A DNA stretch of 35,913 nucleotides from a virus. Lineage: Duplodnaviria; Caudoviricetes. The DNA is taken from positions 1 through 35,913 of IMG/VR virus record IMGVR_UViG_3300025687_000146. One strand, given 5' to 3'. The notes beneath the pieces are model-generated. The model worked only from the letters and a program-made list of their open reading frames with translations. It had not been told where the DNA came from and ran no database searches. The position numbers were made by a program, and so were the translations under genes. Shown in pieces: positions 33,983-35,913 of the stretch (its first letter is position 1; each line of letters opens with the position of its first letter).

Positions 33983-35913
33983 TGGTATCTTACACTTTTA
34001 ATCCTTTCACTGGTAAACTTGATGCTTTAAGTATTGAGGATTTAAGTCCTTACGTTCCTTATACTGGAGCAACTGCTGATATTGACTTAGGTAATTATGC
34101 TTATACACAAAATCAAGCAACTAGTAATGTTAATTATTTTGGTTTGTCTAATATTCGTGGAATGAGAGTAACTAATGCTATAGATGCCGGTACTGGCGGT
34201 TATTTCTTTTTTAGTGCTACAGATAATGTTGGAACTATGAAGTTTGACCCTAAAGATTACGCTACTAATGTTGAATTGCGTTTTGACGGAGAATTTAATC
34301 GTATTGAAATTGATAATCCTATTTTAATTGATGCCAGTGGTAGTGGTAGTAGTGACCCTGACATTCAGATTCAGAACGGTACTGACATTACTAGCATGAC
34401 TTCTTCACAAATAACCACTACTGACGGCAGTGTTGCTACTTTAATTACTGCAGCGACTATTGAGGGTTCTCCTACTATTATTCAAGACCAGAACGAACAA
34501 GACACTAACGTTTTAGAAGTTATAGATGGTAGTGTCAGTGCTACTCCTTCAGGAACTGCCTCGTGTTTATACGATAATGCTTTTCCAGGAGACTATGATG
34601 ATTTCTGGACTGGTAACGGAACTTCTTGGTTGACTGACTTATCCGCTGGTGATTTAATAAGTATTAATGGTGAGTCGTGGACTGTTAAGACTGTTTCTTC
34701 AGATACTCAAATGTATACTGTTAAGAGTCCTCAATTATATCTTCCTTTTGGAGGCCCTACTTATGGACCTTACAGCATTACTGTTGACGGAGCCATCGGT
34801 TTATTGATTAATAGCGATGGTAAGTTCGAGTCTGATTTATTGCCTGAAGCAGATTCTAATTTTGGTCTTGGCAGTACTAGTTTGCGTTGGATTAATACAT
34901 GGACTGACAATCTTAATGGTAGTGACGTAACTACTTTATTGAGCGAAGTTAGTGATGCTTATGCTCACATAACAGCAGACGGTAGCAGTCACACTTTCAT
35001 CAATCAATCAGTTACTACTACTGCAGACCCAACATTTAATGACTTAACATTAACTACTAATTTAACAACTCCACAAATAACTTCTACAGGGGGTGCGGGA
35101 AGTACTTTTACTCCCATAGCTCATTACTTATTTAATGATGACGCAACTGATGAAATAAGTGGTTACGACTTTACGACAGTTTCGGGAGCAACTTATAATA
35201 CAGGAAAAATTAATAACGCAATATACTTTGACGGTATTGATGATTACGCGCAAATTACTGATGACGGAACTCTTGACTTAAATAGTGATTTCAGTATAAG
35301 TTTTTGGATGCGTTCAGCAACTTCAGGAAGTAATGATTCAATGATTGAAAAATGGCAGTCTAGTGGAGCTAGAAATTTCGTTATTTTCCAAGGAAGCTCA
35401 GGAGTACTAATTGCACAAGTAAGCGACGGTACTGCAGTAAATATTATAGGAAGCACTGATTTAAGTGATGACGCCTGGCACCACGTAGTATTCGTTAGGG
35501 ATAGGACTGGTGACAATCAATTAAAATTATACGTTGATAATTCTAGTGACGCAACACCAGTTACTGATGGCCGAGGAACAATAACTAATAACGCAGTCGT
35601 TGCCGTAGGTAGAAGAAGCAACGGAACTCAACACTGGCAGGGTTATATTGACGACTTAAGATTTTATGACAAGGCATTATCTACTGAAGAAATATCGGCA
35701 ATTTATAATTCTGATAGTGGAACAGAAACTAGTACTTTGGGAGGTTTAGGTCCTGGTCCTTTAACTATTACTGACGGAACCGATACGTTAGTTTTTAATC
35801 AAGGCGGTTTACAATTCGATTTAAGTCCAGCAATAACCACTCCTGAAGAAGGACTATTATACTGGAATAGTGACGATGGAACACTTAATCTTGGAATGCC
35901 TGGAGGCAATGTT
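33982..35913 (+). CDS. Fibre-like virion protein with a LamG domain, 3' truncated (not in the ORF track)
   Basis: Frame is open from ATG 33982 to the window end (644 codons). Motifs FNPFTGKLD, YVPYTGAT and QSVTTTADPTF; LamG at about 35110-35720 (FDGIDDY, WHHVVF, GYIDDLRFYDKAL). Confidence 0.8.
   Translation, partial: MVSYTFNPFTGKLDALSIEDLSPYVPYTGATADIDLGNYAYTQNQATSNVNYFGLSNIRGMRVTNAIDAGTGGYFFFSATDNVGTMKFDPKDYATNVELRFDGEFNRIEIDNPILIDASGSGSSDPDIQIQNGTDITSMTSSQITTTDGSVATLITAATIEGSPTIIQDQNEQDTNVLEVIDGSVSATPSGTASCLYDNAFPGDYDDFWTGNGTSWLTDLSAGDLISINGESWTVKTVSSDTQMYTVKSPQLYLPFGGPTYGPYSITVDGAIGLLINSDGKFESDLLPEADSNFGLGSTSLRWINTWTDNLNGSDVTTLLSEVSDAYAHITADGSSHTFINQSVTTTADPTFNDLTLTTNLTTPQITSTGGAGSTFTPIAHYLFNDDATDEISGYDFTTVSGATYNTGKINNAIYFDGIDDYAQITDDGTLDLNSDFSISFWMRSATSGSNDSMIEKWQSSGARNFVIFQGSSGVLIAQVSDGTAVNIIGSTDLSDDAWHHVVFVRDRTGDNQLKLYVDNSSDATPVTDGRGTITNNAVVAVGRRSNGTQHWQGYIDDLRFYDKALSTEEISAIYNSDSGTETSTLGGLGPGPLTITDGTDTLVFNQGGLQFDLSPAITTPEEGLLYWNSDDGTLNLGMPGGNV

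Larger units (their letters stand above)
1..35913. mobile_element. Tailed dsDNA virus genome (siphovirus-like, probably archaeal host), near-complete and permuted
   Basis: TerS/TerL, portal, MCP end, neck, tail tube, TMP and replication genes fill the window with no host housekeeping genes. It starts inside the MCP and ends just after the portal, so only a prohead protease/scaffold stretch appears to be missing. Confidence 0.93.

Noticed and set aside
1-35913. Prophage integration module, diversity-generating retroelement, or stop-codon reassignment
   Set aside because: No integrase, repressor or reverse transcriptase was seen. Genes tile densely under the standard code and end in TAA, TGA and TAG.

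Overview
A near-complete, circularly permuted genome of an AT-rich tailed dsDNA virus (HK97-type head, short non-contractile tail), most likely infecting an archaeon. The archaeal signals are GAGGTG Shine-Dalgarno sites, BRE/TATA-like promoters, a family B polymerase with a PIP-like tail, an AEP primase-helicase, an ERCC4 nuclease, a Sec11-type peptidase, and no recognisable peptidoglycan hydrolase. Gene order: end of major capsid gene, head/neck/tail genes (1-9943); putative lysis/membrane module (9940-11755); metallophosphoesterase, HExxH protein and PD-(D/E)XK nuclease (11826-13591); a divergent operon of small early genes (13740-15704, minus strand); an AT-rich control region; primase-helicase; a nucleotide-metabolism cluster coupled to PolB (19430-25448); terminase; a portal-ParB-like-MuF fusion; and a truncated LamG fibre gene. 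No integrase, tRNA or CRISPR array was seen. The strongest candidate for an undescribed system is a precursor-level DNA base-modification operon: dimeric dUTPase/MazG, nucleoside deoxyribosyltransferase, HD nucleotidase, dNMP kinase, a non-canonical ThyX, and a miniature ThyA-fold protein with the cytosine-type Asp at the position of E. coli Asn177, followed by a minimal PolB and a dCMP deaminase. Other leads are a signal-peptidase-like gene at the usual endolysin position, an anti-SD hairpin complementary to early-gene start sites, iteron-like repeats inside the primase gene, a repeated late-promoter motif and apparent total GATC avoidance. All calls come from motif reading by eye; no database search was run.
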